From the NCBI GenBank assembly GCA_964016885.1, contig OZ024743.1:128154001-128218000 (forward strand): 64,000 nucleotides of DNA, written 5' to 3'. Of this stretch, positions 49,101 through 62,948 are shown piece by piece. Numbering within the stretch: position 1 is the stretch's first letter; every line of letters starts with the position of its first letter. The position numbers and the translations under genes are program-made. Source of the stretch: Eledone cirrhosa. Lineage: Eukaryota. The notes beneath the pieces are model-generated. The model had not been told where the DNA came from. It saw nothing but the letters and a program-made list of their open reading frames with translations, and did no database searches.

Positions 49101-51004
49101 ATCACAGGTTAGTACATTTTATAAAATTATGATGCATTGTTCTTTTTCTGATATTTTATACAATGATATATTTTGACAAATATCAATGTATGCAAAATAC
49201 AAAACTTCTCAATAATTCTTCATTACAGATGGGTCTGTTCAACATATCTACAACACTTAGTAAATATATTGTTTTGATTAAAAATCAAATGGAGAGAGAA
49301 TATAAGGATTTATGTGCTCCTGCCAAACGTATAAAAGTAGCCTGTCATTTTCCTTCTGCCTGTTCTGAAATCACTCAAACATCAGAAGCTACATTCTATT
49401 GTTACTTAAGACAATCTGTAAATTATGTGAATGATCTGAAACTTCTTCTGAATTTACAGGTAGGTGTTGTTATTATAATAATATATTTATATTGGATATT
49501 CTTTTTTTTCTCTTGATTTCATTTCATATAGATTATAATATTACATTATAATTGCATTTATATATCCAAAATTAAGGTCAGTTTATTCTTGGCAAGGCTG
49601 TTCTGCTAGGGAATGGATCACAGGTGGTGGATAGTGATATGGCAACCCAATATGGGAGCTAATTGCAATTTCAGTGGGCTCATAATAAACAACCCTTGAC
49701 AAAACAGTGGTTAGCTAGTTGGGTAGATGGAACAATAGGTGACACTGTTGGCTCTCAGGAAAAGTCTCACAACCCCATGCTATAGTTATGATGAGATGAG
49801 TAAAGGCCTCTTCTAAAAAAGCCTAGTCTTTGCAGATCTGAGAATTTGTTTACTGGTGCAAATAATAGAACAGAAAAGCAGCAGTATTGTTTGGTTGCCT
49901 TAAAAGAATCATACTTAATTGTCCTTCCCACAAGGTGACCATGGTTGCATACAGATCTTAAATAGAAGAACCCATTTGAAAAATATATTGCAGCCTCCAT
50001 CCAATGCCAGAAAAACTAGCAACATACCTGGGAACTATCACAGGATGGATGCAAAAAGGTTGCGTACTATAGCACTACAAAGAGGGTTCAGAAGGGAGCA
50101 AACATTAACAACTGGAATATCACAACCCTGACGCATAGGGAACAGGAACTAGTGGAAAAGGCCAAATATAGTTTGGGGTTTCCTTTACTAGGTCTGTGAC
50201 TTTAGTACTTTTGATTTGGATGAAAACCCACAAAACAGTTATGTCTAGATTGACACACAGCATAAATTGGGAAGTGCTGGCTGATGAGGGGTCAGGACTA
50301 GGTATGAAGGTACTATAGCACCAAAATTTTGAGAACATCCTGAACAAATTGAAAATATTAAAGTGGAGTGAAGACAGTTCAGTTTGACATTTTCTGCTTC
50401 GGCTGTTAAATGATATGGGCAAACGCAGTTTGGTGTGGTGATGGAGGACAGAAGTATCCCTTGAATTAATCAAGAAGTTAAAGATATCATCCATGTGAAG
50501 AAGGAGGCTTACAGAACCTGTTTTGGAAATAAGTCTTCCATCTTGTGCTTGCTGTGCAAGCAGACATTAAAGGTAGCCAAGATTAAGACATTGTAGGATT
50601 TTACAAGAATGTTATTGCAGTATTTGTTCTGGTCTTTTGAGTTCAAATCCCATCATGTTCCACTTTGCCTTTCATCCATCCAAGGTTGATATAATTTTCC
50701 CCTTCCCTAAAATTACTTCAGTCTAAAGTAGAAATCATTATAAAATGGTAACTATGGCAAGAACATGTATATCAATGTATATATATTTTGTCATTTGTAC
50801 AAATTATTAATATTACAATTACAATCTAGTTTGTTTTTCTATTTTTTTAAAATTCAGATTTCTTCAAAATACCAAGACAGTGTACAAGTAGATAATAATC
50901 TCTTGGTATCACATCATACTCAAAGAACTCAGCTTCGATGGTTTACCATGACTACGCTATATACTCTACAGGAACATATCAGCCAGATTCAAAAGATATT
51001 ATAG
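46177..51004 (+). CDS. Secreted helical cytokine-like protein, copy 3, 228 aa (M58, K129); join(46177..46186,48071..48240,48979..49107,49229..49459,50858..51004)
   Basis: Splice sites and frame intact; private ATC>ATG (I58M). Confidence 0.8.
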
Positions 51005-51046
51005 TCATATATGTGAAATATCTGATATATATTATCTATAATATTA

Positions 51047-51231
51047 GGGCGGTGGATTGGCAGTATCGGTAGAGGGTCGTACGCCATGCTTTCCAGCATA
51101 GTTACGTCCCTTTACGATCTGAGTTCAAATCCCGCCAAGGTTGACTTTGCCTTTCATCCCTACGGGGTCGATAAAATAAAGTACCAGTAATGCACTGGGT
51201 AATTGCTGGCCTTGTGCCTAGAGTAGAAACA
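51047..51231 (+). mobile_element. Young SINE insertion in the 3' UTR of copy 3 only, 16-bp TSD attatctataatatta
   Basis: TSD at 51031-51046 and 51232-51247; empty site at ~11526 and ~31595. Confidence 0.95.
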
Positions 51232-53714
51232 ATTATCTATAATATTAATATCACATCCCTGTCTAGATAGACACTCAGATACAAGTGTATCATTGACAAT
51301 ATGTAGAAGTATTTTAAACTTCATTTTTTAACAAAGCCATTTTTGTGGATTATAAATATATAGCAAAAGTAAAATATAACTCTGTATGTCAACACAAATA
51401 AAAGGGTATATATAAATATATAGACATACACATATATAGGTGTCAGTGTGGCATCATTATGTATATCTATACACATTTCCCTATCAATCGGTTCGGTGTG
51501 ATCAGTATTGATCATACCCAACTCTGTATTAAATGGTTCATCAGACCTGTGTGTGTTTACCTCTATTTCCAAGTTTTCATGACATTCACTTCTTATTTTT
51601 ACATAAACCCCTATGGTCCCTCCATCACTACCACCTAAACTTTTACTGTTTTTTCAACAATATAAATACACTTATCACACTAATTTTATTTTATTTCTTC
51701 ACCAAAGGTCTTTTATCCACCACAATAAGAGCATCACTTAATCACCTTTTCTTTCTCCTATCATAAAACACTCACTTTCTCATTTGTAAAATACACCCAC
51801 TGCCTCCAACATTTTATTGCTTTTTCAACAATAATACACAAATACTTTATCACTTTAATCTTATTTGGTTTTATTACTAATAGTCATTTAGTTTATCTGA
51901 CCATCACAATAATACCTCCAATAACATTCTCACTCAATTTCCCTTTTGTTTTGTTTTCATTTTCCTATCATCAAAATGTGCCTTATTTTGATTTACACTA
52001 CTTCATTTGTACATATACATTTACTGCTCTACTCTCAGACCCTCAACCTTCTCTCTATCTATAAAACTTATAAATAGGATGTTTGTTTGTTTGTACAGCA
52101 CTAAATAAATTGATAATATTTAAGGTTTTTTGTTTTCAATTAATTTGACTTCCAACATGTTCACTATTGACTTACTTTCCGAAAACAGAACAGGTGCGGA
52201 GAATTTACTGCTCTTTCTAACATACAGGTACTGCCTGTTAATATGTTATGGTATCTATATATGGAGAGGGAAACACTACTCCATCTCTCACTCACACCAC
52301 CTCCCCCCTCTCTCTCTCTAATTAAATACAACCTTTTCAGGTGTTTTCATTTGTTGTCGACTGATCTGATATCTGACTCACTCACCAACGACTCCTTTTT
52401 TCACTCCTTTTTCTGAAATCAGAGGCGGAATGGGAGTTAAAGATAAGCACATTTCAGTTGTTTGAATTTATAGAAAAGAACCCCCTGGAGACCATGAAGA
52501 AAATTTTTTTCATAGGTTTCTCCACGTGTTTTCAACTATTCTGACCTCCAAAATTCCTGAAAACAGAATTGGGGGTGCCAGAGGGGAACCTATAAAGTAT
52601 GTGTGCAAATACATCAAGAATGGTTCCAATGCTGCCATGTTTGCACAACAAAAATGAAATATATTCGATGAGGTGTCCAACTTCCAACATGGCCAATATG
52701 TAGAGAATGTGGTGCCAGTGATTGATGTTCGGATTTTCCCAGCCGCGAACATTTTTAGAATGAGAATTTTTTTCTTTTCTAGGTTTTTTCGTTTATTTTT
52801 GACCGATCTGACATCCACTCACTCCCCAACAATTTATTTTTCCAAAAACTGAGGATAGCAGAGAAAATATTTTTTCCTAGGTTTTTTCATGTGTTTTCAA
52901 CTAATCTGACCTCAGACATGTTTGCAATCACCTTCTTTTCCGAAATCAGATTTTAGGGGTTGTGGGGGATGCTCGGATTTTAGAGCCTCAGAGATTTCTT
53001 CAGAGGAAGAAACAAGGGTGAGAAGGGAGGGGCCCATTGGAGTTACAGATAAGCACCTCTCAACCTGCAATGTGTTTATCTATCTCACCGTTACCTTCAA
53101 AACAATTAAAATCCCCCTCCTTATACATTTCTATAATGTATGTACCATGTAGTTTCAAGTTCTTGTATCAGGTTTAATGTACCTGATCCATACAACACCA
53201 ACTCAACAGATGTTCTGAAGAATGATATTTCTGGGCAGATCTGATCTCCATACCTTTTCTATTTTGTTCATTTCAGCCAAGACATTGGTAATTTCAATGT
53301 CAATGTCCTTTTTTGATAAACTCATCTAACTGCCCAAATATCGATACATTTAATGTGTCAGAAAATGAAATAGCAAAGAAATATACTGTTAATCACACAT
53401 TCTAGTCTTGTTCAAATCTACTTTAAATTTATATATTAATTTCTAGACTGTAATCTAGAAACTTTAATAAATATCTCTATAAAATTTCAATAAGATATAT
53501 AAATTATAAAGAAAGTAATGAAGAAAATTAATAATTTTTTCTAAAAATAACACTTCACAGGCCTTTCCCTTAGGATAAATTCTTAGTTAAGAAACCTAAA
53601 GCTAGGTGAAGCTTCCTAGCTTGAATTTATTAACTAAGACTATATCCCAAGGAAAAAATTCTTGTGAAGTGTTCTTTTCAGATTACTTTATTGAGATCTG
53701 CCCATTAGTGATTT

Positions 53715-53745
<31 letters not shown>

Positions 53746-53879
53746 CTATCAGTGTTTTTCATAGTTATGGCTTTCTAAATGTTTATTTATAAATATACCG
53801 TATTTCTTTAGAAATACGAAATTCAAATATATATACATATACAAATACATATATACATATACAAATACATATATACATA

Positions 53880-56538
53880 TATGATGGCTGCAAACTCTGC
53901 TAATAGTATTGCAATCGCTTGTCAGATTCAGATGTGTGACGCTGGGATATGGCTTTTCAAGCCCGCTACAGACTTGCACTCCCTCGCACACTGACGACAA
54001 CTATGGATATCCCTGAGCTCTTGCACCAGGCTGCATATGAACCCTCACAATATCGTGGAGATCATAGTTCACTGGTTCTCTTTGAACATGGCTGTGACTG
54101 TGGCTCCTGAGACCAGATTTGCTCAAGTAAATTTTCCCACACTCAGGGCACTTCAATTCAATGCAGACACCGATCGTTACGAGAGATATGCCAGGGTATT
54201 GCTTACGCACCTCCCGTTTGATCTTCTCGTACTCTATGCGTCTGTCCTCAAAATTATGGACCCCATCATTCACCATTCCAGGCCAAGTTTCTCTTTCAAG
54301 AGCTTCTATTTCCCAGTCAGCCATCATCAAACCAGTTTTTTTCAATGAGTCCTTTACACAATCCTTGAATCGGAGCCTTGGCTTGTAAGGTGGTCTCTTA
54401 CCCTCACAAAGCATGCCATACAAGAGTTGTTTTGGGATTCGATCATCCTCCATTGTGCAGAGGTGTCCGGTCCATCGCAAACGCCGTTGGTGGATGATAT
54501 TCTCCATGCTCCGACACTCACTTCTCTCAAGGACCTCAACATCACTCACTTGCATCTGCCACTTGATACCGAGCATCTTTCTGAGGCACTGCTGGTGAAA
54601 CCATTCTAGTCTATGGATATCTCCCCAAAATAACCCACAAAGCCTTCCAGTTAACGATGTCGAATGCCTTGGTCAGATCGACAAAAACTTGGTATAAGTC
54701 CATGCGCTGCTCAATGCATTTCTCTTGAAGTTGTTTGGCCGTGAAGATCATGCCAACAGTGCTTCTGCCATTCTTAAAGCCACATTGGGACTCAGGAAGT
54801 ACCTCAACATCAATGTGCTGTATCAATCTGTCCAACAAAATCCTGCACAAGATCTTCCCAGCAACAGATAGCAGTGAAATACCTCTGTATTGTCACAGTC
54901 ATCTTTGGCTCCTTTCCTTTGTAAAGTACCACCATCAATGCATCTTTCCAGTCCTGTGGTACATCTTCTTCATTCCAAACATTCACAAAGAGATGAGTGA
55001 GGCGGTTTAAGAAGTTATCACCAGCACACTTAAAGATCTCGGCACTCAGTCCATCCATTCCAGGTAACTTGCCACTGTTTAATTTGGCAATGGCCTTCGC
55101 TACCTAATCAAATGAAGGAAGATCAGCCATTGCCAGCTTTGTAAGTCTGGATGGAATCAACTGGATGAACTCATCATCGATTTCTGATGGTCTGTTGGGA
55201 AGCTCATCAAAGTGGTCATGCCACCTGATCAGAATTTCCTTCGGATCTCTGAGCAATTCCTTGCAATCCCTGGAGCGAAATGGTGACTTTTGTGGACGGT
55301 TGGACCATACACCTCCCTGAACAGATTGTATAAGAGCTTTGTATCATGTCTATCTGAGGCTTTCTGGATTTCATCAGCCTTTTTTCTCCACCAGGTATCC
55401 TGCATGGCTCTCAATCGATGTTGTACACGTACCTTGACCTGCTTGAAGGTCCGGTCACTCCTGTCAGAACGTGTCTCACACAACAATGATGGCACTTTTT
55501 GTTTCTCTTCAAGCAAGGTCTGCATCACTGCATCATTTTCATCAAACCAGTCTTTATGCTTTCTATTGGTATGACCTAAAACTCCAGCTCTAACATCATA
55601 GACGGTTATCTTCAATGATTCCCACGTGTTTTCACATTCCATGGACTGAAGGGAACTCGACAGCTCAGCTCTGACTTCCACTGTATTCAGAGGGGCCACG
55701 TTTAGTTGTTTTGAAAGAGCAACCTTCTTCCCCCTTACTTTGAGCTTCACAACAAATTGAAATTTGGCGCGCACCAGTCGATGGTCAGTCCAACATTCCG
55801 CGCCTCGCAATAGACGAACCAATGTGATATCCCAGATATCACGTTTCCTCGTTAAAACAAAGTCAATAAGGTGCCACTTCTTGGAACCTGGATGCATCCA
55901 AGTTGTCTTATATTTGTCTTTCTGCTAAAAGAGCATGTTCCCAACAACAAGATCCATCTCAGCGCACATCTACAACAGAGGTAGGCCATTGTTATTGCAC
56001 TTACCTACTCCATGCTTGCCCATCACACTCCAAGCTTCCCAGTCATTACCAACACGTGCATTAAAATCACCAAGGATGACAATCTTGTCTGCATAAGGTA
56101 TACTATTGATGACCTCTTTCAAAGACATGTAGAAATCTAGTTTTTCATCATCACTGGCACACATAGTAGGAGTGTAGACACTGACCAGAATCACACAGTG
56201 GTTTTGAATCAGAGGGACTCTCATGGATATTATCCGATCATTGAATCAACAAGGAAGATTTTCCAGCTTTGAGACGATTCCATTCCTGACAGCAAATGCG
56301 ACCCCTGCTTCTCTCCTACAACCCTCTGCTCTACCACTCCAATAGGTATATCCTCTCTTCTGTTCTGAGGATTGACCCTCACCTGCCAATCTCGTTTCTG
56401 AAAGAGCAGCGATGTCCGTGTTATAGCGATTGAGTTCCCTCGACACCAAAGCAGATCTTCTTTCAGGGCGAGTTTCACTGGATTGGGAATCAAGTAAAGT
56501 TCTTACATTCCAGCATCCAATATTCAGAAGTTTGAATA
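53880..56538 (-). mobile_element. RTE/BovB-like LINE, defective (copy 3, most complete)
   Basis: Also retains the 174-bp endonuclease segment (GKHGVGKCNNNG...TWMHPGSKKWHLIDF) missing in copies 1 and 2. Confidence 0.9.
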
Positions 56539-56640
56539 TACACATATATACATATATATATACACACATAATACATACATATATATATACACATAATATA
56601 TACATATATATATATTTATATATGTATACATATACATTAC

Positions 56641-56674
<34 letters not shown>

Positions 56675-56691
56675 GTATACATATACATTAC

Positions 56692-56740
<49 letters not shown>

Positions 56741-57132
56741 CATATATATATGTGTGCGTATATATAAAAGAAAACTTTTTTTTTTCGTTCTACATGGCTG
56801 AATACAATAAATGTAATGTGAGTTTTTCGAATATTAATGATTTTTTTATTTTATTTTTATTTGAATTTGGCAAAGCCGGCCATTTATTGCTCATATACAG
56901 GAAACTGACTGGCCAGTCTGCAGATATGCAAATCTGGCTGATCAGTGGATCTGCTAGTATGCAGATTTGACTGATCAGCCAGTCTAATAATATGCAAATC
57001 AGGCCAATCAGTCACTGTGTATTTTTCAAAATAGCATATATTTTCACTAGCTTTGACAGCTTGGCAGGTGAACAGTGAGCTGTACTGATGAAGGATGATG
57101 CGGACGTAAAATGAAATGAAATAATATATATA

Positions 57133-60100
57133 TATAATGCTCTCTAGACAAGGGAAGTAGCTAGAGTTACTTCCCGTTGAAATTCTAGAACCTTCCTTGT
57201 AACTTCTAGTCAAAGGATATAGAGTCAACTCAAATCAATCTCTTTTTTGGCGGCTTCCTTCGAATTGACAACACCGAGCACAAGTATGTTAATTTTTCTC
57301 TAACCACCTATCATGGATCTGGATTATACCTAATTATGTAGGAGAATATTTGTTTACCACAATTGTAACATGGAACTACAATAAATGAAAATTTATATTT
57401 GATACTCGTTTTGAGAAACTGCTTACGCTTTTATCATTACCTTTTGTAGTGAGAGTTAACTCTCATTCGGCATGGTGTTATATAAAAATCTCTTATCCTT
57501 TTTCTTTATAAAATTTAGTAGTTAGATTCCGGTGGTATTTACTGGAATAAATAACCCTGGGTCTAGCAACCACTAAAATGGTGACCCTAACGTAAAAAAC
57601 ACCAACTGACGAATGGTAATCTCCGAATACGCAGAAGAGAAAAAAAAAAATATTACGCCTTGTGTCTTCGTTTTGAATTCGCCATCTTGCTTCATCTGTG
57701 TTACATCACTCCGGCTATTCATGTTACCACCACGTGTGCATATAATTTTGAAAATACAGCTAATTTTTTCCTTTCAAATGTGCTGTCATTGGCTGATTCA
57801 CAAAAGTTAAACCACGTGTGCAGCAGTTAAAAAACATTTCACTCAGCAGTTACTATATTCATAATGAGCAATTCTTCGCTACCGACATATTCAGGAGATG
57901 CAAAGTTGTGGTTTGCACAACTGGATTCGTATTTTGCTGCCCACGGCGTTCAAGTGGCACAACAAAGGTTACACGTGCTGATAAGCAGAATTCCTGCATC
58001 GCTCGCCACATCAGTGAAAGACAATCACAGATCCCCCACAAAGCGTAACTTACGAAACCCTAACGGCAGAATTGCTCAGACGGAACAGCCATTCGTCTGA
58101 GAGTAAGTTTCGTTCCTTGTTGGAGGAGGATAACCTGGTAGATAGAACCCTTTCTCAGTTTTTACGGCGCATCCGGCAACTGAGCGACTCAACAGCAGAG
58201 GACAACTCTTTCGTGAAACAATTATTTTTCTCCCGTTTGCCAACAAATGTGCAAACCATATTGGCAAATATGGTCGACACCAGTTCTCTGGACCAAATTG
58301 CAGCCTCAGCGGATCGCATAATGGAATTTTCTCGAGTGGATCTGCCGAAGTAGGCAGATCCACTCATTGCTTCTTCTACCTTTAAAACACAGCCTGGTTC
58401 ACCTCATGAGGACTCTATACTGAGAGCCATTGACGCGTTAACCCATCAAGTGGCTAAACTGTGTCGGGAATGAACACCATGTAGGTGGCGTCCAAGAAAT
58501 TGGTCTCCTTCTCTTCATTGTCGCGCCAACCTCCCCTCCAACAACTCGTCTTTATGTTGATATCACGTGCGTTTTCGTGAAAAGGCGAATCATTGTATTC
58601 AGCCCTGCTCTTTCGAGACCTCGGAAAACTAAAATTGGAGAGTCTGGGCACGGCAGACCTCTCCCTCATTACTTCTCCTTATCGTGCTTTCTTTATCAGA
58701 GATCGAGTTTCAAACAAATCGTTTATGGTTGACACAGGATCTAGTTGCAGTATTTGGCCTCTTCGGTTCAGCTCTATCAAGCCAAATTTTTCCCGTATTT
58801 CCTTGTATGCAGTAAACCAGTCTCCTATAAAAACTTATGGACAAATATCTTTATAATTGGACCTAGCTTTGCGTCGAGATTTCAAATGGATTTTCATCTT
58901 AGCGGACCTACCTCATCGTATTCTAGGTGCGGATTTTTTACACCACTACTCACTGTTAGTAGATGTCAGGAAACAGAAACTTGTGGATGGCACCACATCT
59001 TTATCTACGCCTGCTCGTGGTTCTACTGTTACTGCCATAAGTCCCGCGTGTTTCATAGCTGCCTCTGGAAACCAGTTTCATTCTCTTCTTGCCTCGTTTC
59101 CCGTTGGATTTCGTGTTTGCTTACGTTGATGATCTCCTAATAGCCAGTGATTCGGATGAACACCATCATCAACATCTATCTCAGTTATTTCAACGTCTCC
59201 AATCGTACCAAGTCAGAATCAACCCAGCTAAATGTGTGTTTGGTACAGATTCACTGGAATTCCTTGGACACCTTATAGATTCAGAAGGCATTCATCCTTT
59301 GCCACCTAAGGTAGAGGCAATTCAGCAATTAGCACCACCAACATTCTTGAAACAATTATGCCATTTCTTGGGATTAATTAACTTTTATCGTCGCTTTATT
59401 CCTAACTGTGCAGACAAGTTATTCCCCTTGACATAGTTTTTAAAGGCTGCAAAAAAGAAAGACGTTCCTATTTCACTTTCTGCCGATGCATTGCAGTCTT
59501 TTGAATCCGTCAAGTCTGAGCTAGCTAAAGTTTCCTTCCTTGCCCATCCTGTTGCAAATGCGAGACTTTCCTTATCTGTTGATGCATCCGATCATGCTGT
59601 TGGTGCAGCTTTGCAACATGCAATCGATCACCAGGTTCAACCACTGGCGTTTTTCTCACGCCAACTAAAACCAGCAGAGCAACGATACAGTACTTTTGAC
59701 AGAGAGCTTCTAGCAATTAATCTTGCTGTGAGACATTTCCACCATCTTCTTGAAGGTCGGGAATTCACAGTATTCACAGACCATAAACCACTCACATTCG
59801 CTCTTCACACCAAATCCGACAAGTAATCTACGAGAGCGTATAGGCATCTGGATCTCATCTCACAGTATACCAATGACATTCGTCACATAGCTGGAACTGC
59901 CAACATACCTGCGGATGCACTATCTCGGCTTTGTGTGTGTTCTCTTGCGTCTCCTGCACATATCGATTTAGTTGCCATTGCAACTGACCAACCTACTTTG
60001 GATTCGTTGAACATTTCTTCTACCCAACTTTCCTGCTGTAAGTTTGATTATTTACCTCTTCCATCTGCTGAGGTAAAAATTCTTTGTGATATTTCTACTG

Positions 60101-62068
60101 GTTCACCCAGACCGTTTGTTCCGGATTGTCATCAGCGGACCGTTTTTGATGCACTTCATTCCTTTCCACATGCTGGCATAGATGCCACAGTGAAGCTTAT
60201 TACGGCTCGATTCTTCTGGCCTAATATGCGTCGTTTGATCACCAGTTGGGCACCTTCTTGCTTGAAGTGTCAGCGCTCTAAGATTCATCGGCATGTCCGC
60301 GCTCCTCTTGGGAAATTCAGCCCGCCAGATGCACGTTTCCCTCATATACACATGGATATTGTTGGTCCGTGGCCCGTTAGTCGAGGGTTCACATACATAT
60401 TGACTTGTATCGACTGTTTCTCTCGGTGGCCTGAAGCCATCCCCTTCATAGACATAACAGCAGAGTACGTTGCCCGAGCTTTCATTTCCAATTGGATTGC
60501 TCGTTTCGGTGTTCCTACTAAAATAACTACGAATCGTGGACGCTAACTTGAAGCTTCCTTATTTTGTGAAATATCACGACTCTTGGGTGCTCATCACATT
60601 CATACGACCACCTATCACCCAGTCTCCAATGGAATGGTCGAGAGGTTTCATAGACAGTTGAAAGCTGCACTTCGCGCTACTCCTGACCCGCAACGTTGGA
60701 CAGAATTTTTGCCAATCGTGCTTCTTGGTTGTCGTTCAGCCATTAAGACAGATTTAGGTTTTTCTTCTGCTGAACTTCTTTATAGTACCACATTGTCTCT
60801 TCCTGGACAAATGTTAGCACCAGTGGATTCATCACATCTTGACCCAGCATCATATATCACCAGGATTCGTTCGTATTTCTCGGATCTTCCACCGATGAAC
60901 CCTTGTGACCAGTCTATTTCTTCTGCTGTCCCATCGAACATCTCTACGTGGACACACATTTTCATACGGAATGATTCCGTCAAGAGACCTCTTACGTCAC
61001 CTTATAATGGACCTTTTCGTGTGCTTTCGGACACACCCAAACATTTCACAGTGGCTGACAATGGTCGAAAAGAGACAATATCCATTGACAGAGCAAAAAA
61101 GGCTTTCTCCGAAAGTCTCATCACACTGCCTGATACACCTCGTACATACACTCCTACACCAACAATTTCACCTCCACCGCAAACACCACATACCACACAA
61201 CCTTATGTCACACGAGGTGGCAGGACGGTAAAATGGCCACGAAAACTCTCAAAAACAATATACATTTAACCTCTAGTAGCATTAACATACCTCTTTATTT
61301 TTCAGTTTTCAGATAGAACTAGTGTCAAAAAGTCTGTACACTAGTAATGGATGAACTATTTGACTTTGAAAAACATTGATTTTACCATTGAGCATCAATT
61401 TTCTCTGCTCCTTTGTATTGACTATGATTTATCAATCATTACATTCAAATATATTCTTTGTAAAAATTCATTACTTGTTTTATGCTCATTTTTGCTATTT
61501 GCTTGCTCATGTTTTATTCATTCATGTTCTTGTACCTTTTGTTTTGCTCCTCATTTCTTACAGGTTCACACTACAATGATCTTCGATTGGTTATTCGACT
61601 TCTCGTCTGAGAGGGGAGTCTTGTAGCGCTCTCTAGACAAGGGAAGTAGCTAGAGTTACTTCCCGTTGAAATTCTAGAACCTTCCTTGTAACTTCTAGTC
61701 AAAGGATATAGAGTCAACTCAAATCAATCTCTCTTTTTTGGCGCCTTCCTTCGAATTGACAACACCGAGCGCAAGTATGTTAATTTTTCTCTAACCACCT
61801 ATCATGGATCTGGATTATACCTAATTATGTAGGAGAATATTTGTTTACCACAATTGTAACATGGAACTACAATAAATGAAAATTTATATTTGATACTGGT
61901 TTTGAGAAACTACTTACGCTTTTATCATTACCTTCTGTATTGAGAGTTAACTCTTATTCGGCATGCTGTTATATAAAAATCTCTTATCCTTTTTCTTTAT
62001 AAAATTTAGTAGTTAGATTCCGGTGGTATTTACTGGAGTAAATAACCCTGGGTCTAGCAACCACTATA
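57133..62068 (+). mobile_element. Gypsy LTR retrotransposon with both LTRs (57133-57577, 61622-62068), defective (copy 3)
   Basis: As copy 2. Confidence 0.95.
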
Positions 62069-62078
62069 TATATATATA

Positions 62079-62250
62079 TATCAAAATGAAAATCCGAAGG
62101 CAAGGTAAAATTCCAATCATTTAATCACGACACATGTTTCAATAAGAGATAGATCGATTATGAAGCCATGATCGATCTATCTCTTATTGAAACATGTGTC
62201 GTGATTAAATGATTGGAATTTTACCTTGCCTTCGGATTTTCATTTTGATA
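62079..62250. repeat. Perfect 80-bp-arm hairpin palindrome
   Basis: Arms 62079-62158 and 62171-62250. Confidence 0.9.
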
Positions 62251-62903
62251 CTTATACTCCGTTTTACATCATCTAGCTGTTCCCTTGAATGGAATTAGAG
62301 ATATACAAAAGCGTGGAGAACTTAATGTTGCTAACATAAAGTTATTGGACCATTTTACACAACCAATAATGAACCTTACTATATAACAAGTATATATATA
62401 TATATATCTTATATATGTGTGTGTGTCTTTATATATATATACAACATTACGGCTACATATGAGGATATAGGCAGATTTTCTCACAAGAGACGGAGGCACG
62501 TCAAGGCACACAGAAACAAATAAAGCATTTAAAGATAGTTAAAAAATATAATAATAATAATAATAATAATAAAGTAAAATAAAAATAATAATATAAAAAT
62601 ATAAATAAATAATTAAAAAATTAAGGCACACAAAAGCAACAGAGGAAGTTATGCATTAGTCACTATATAGAACAGGTGATTTAGTTTCCCATGACGTGCG
62701 TGCCCTCACGTGCCTCCGTCTCTTGTGAGAAAATCTGCCTATATCCTCATATGTAGCTGTAATGTTGAATAACAACCCCATTACGCATTCTCTCCATCCT
62801 TTCCATTTCCAATCTCCCTCTTATTATCGTGTACTGTATATCTAATGTTCGTGTGACTAAGCTTGGTAGAGCTTATACTCAGCACTATATTTTTGTTTAT
62901 AAA

Positions 62904-62948
62904 GCTCTGATGATTCCTGCCCCATGGTATGGATGAAACATTGTCAGC
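62904..62948 (+). ncRNA. Minimal hammerhead ribozyme-like motif (copy)
   Basis: gctCTGATGAttcc...ggatGAAAcattgTCagc followed by AATAAA. Confidence 0.55.
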
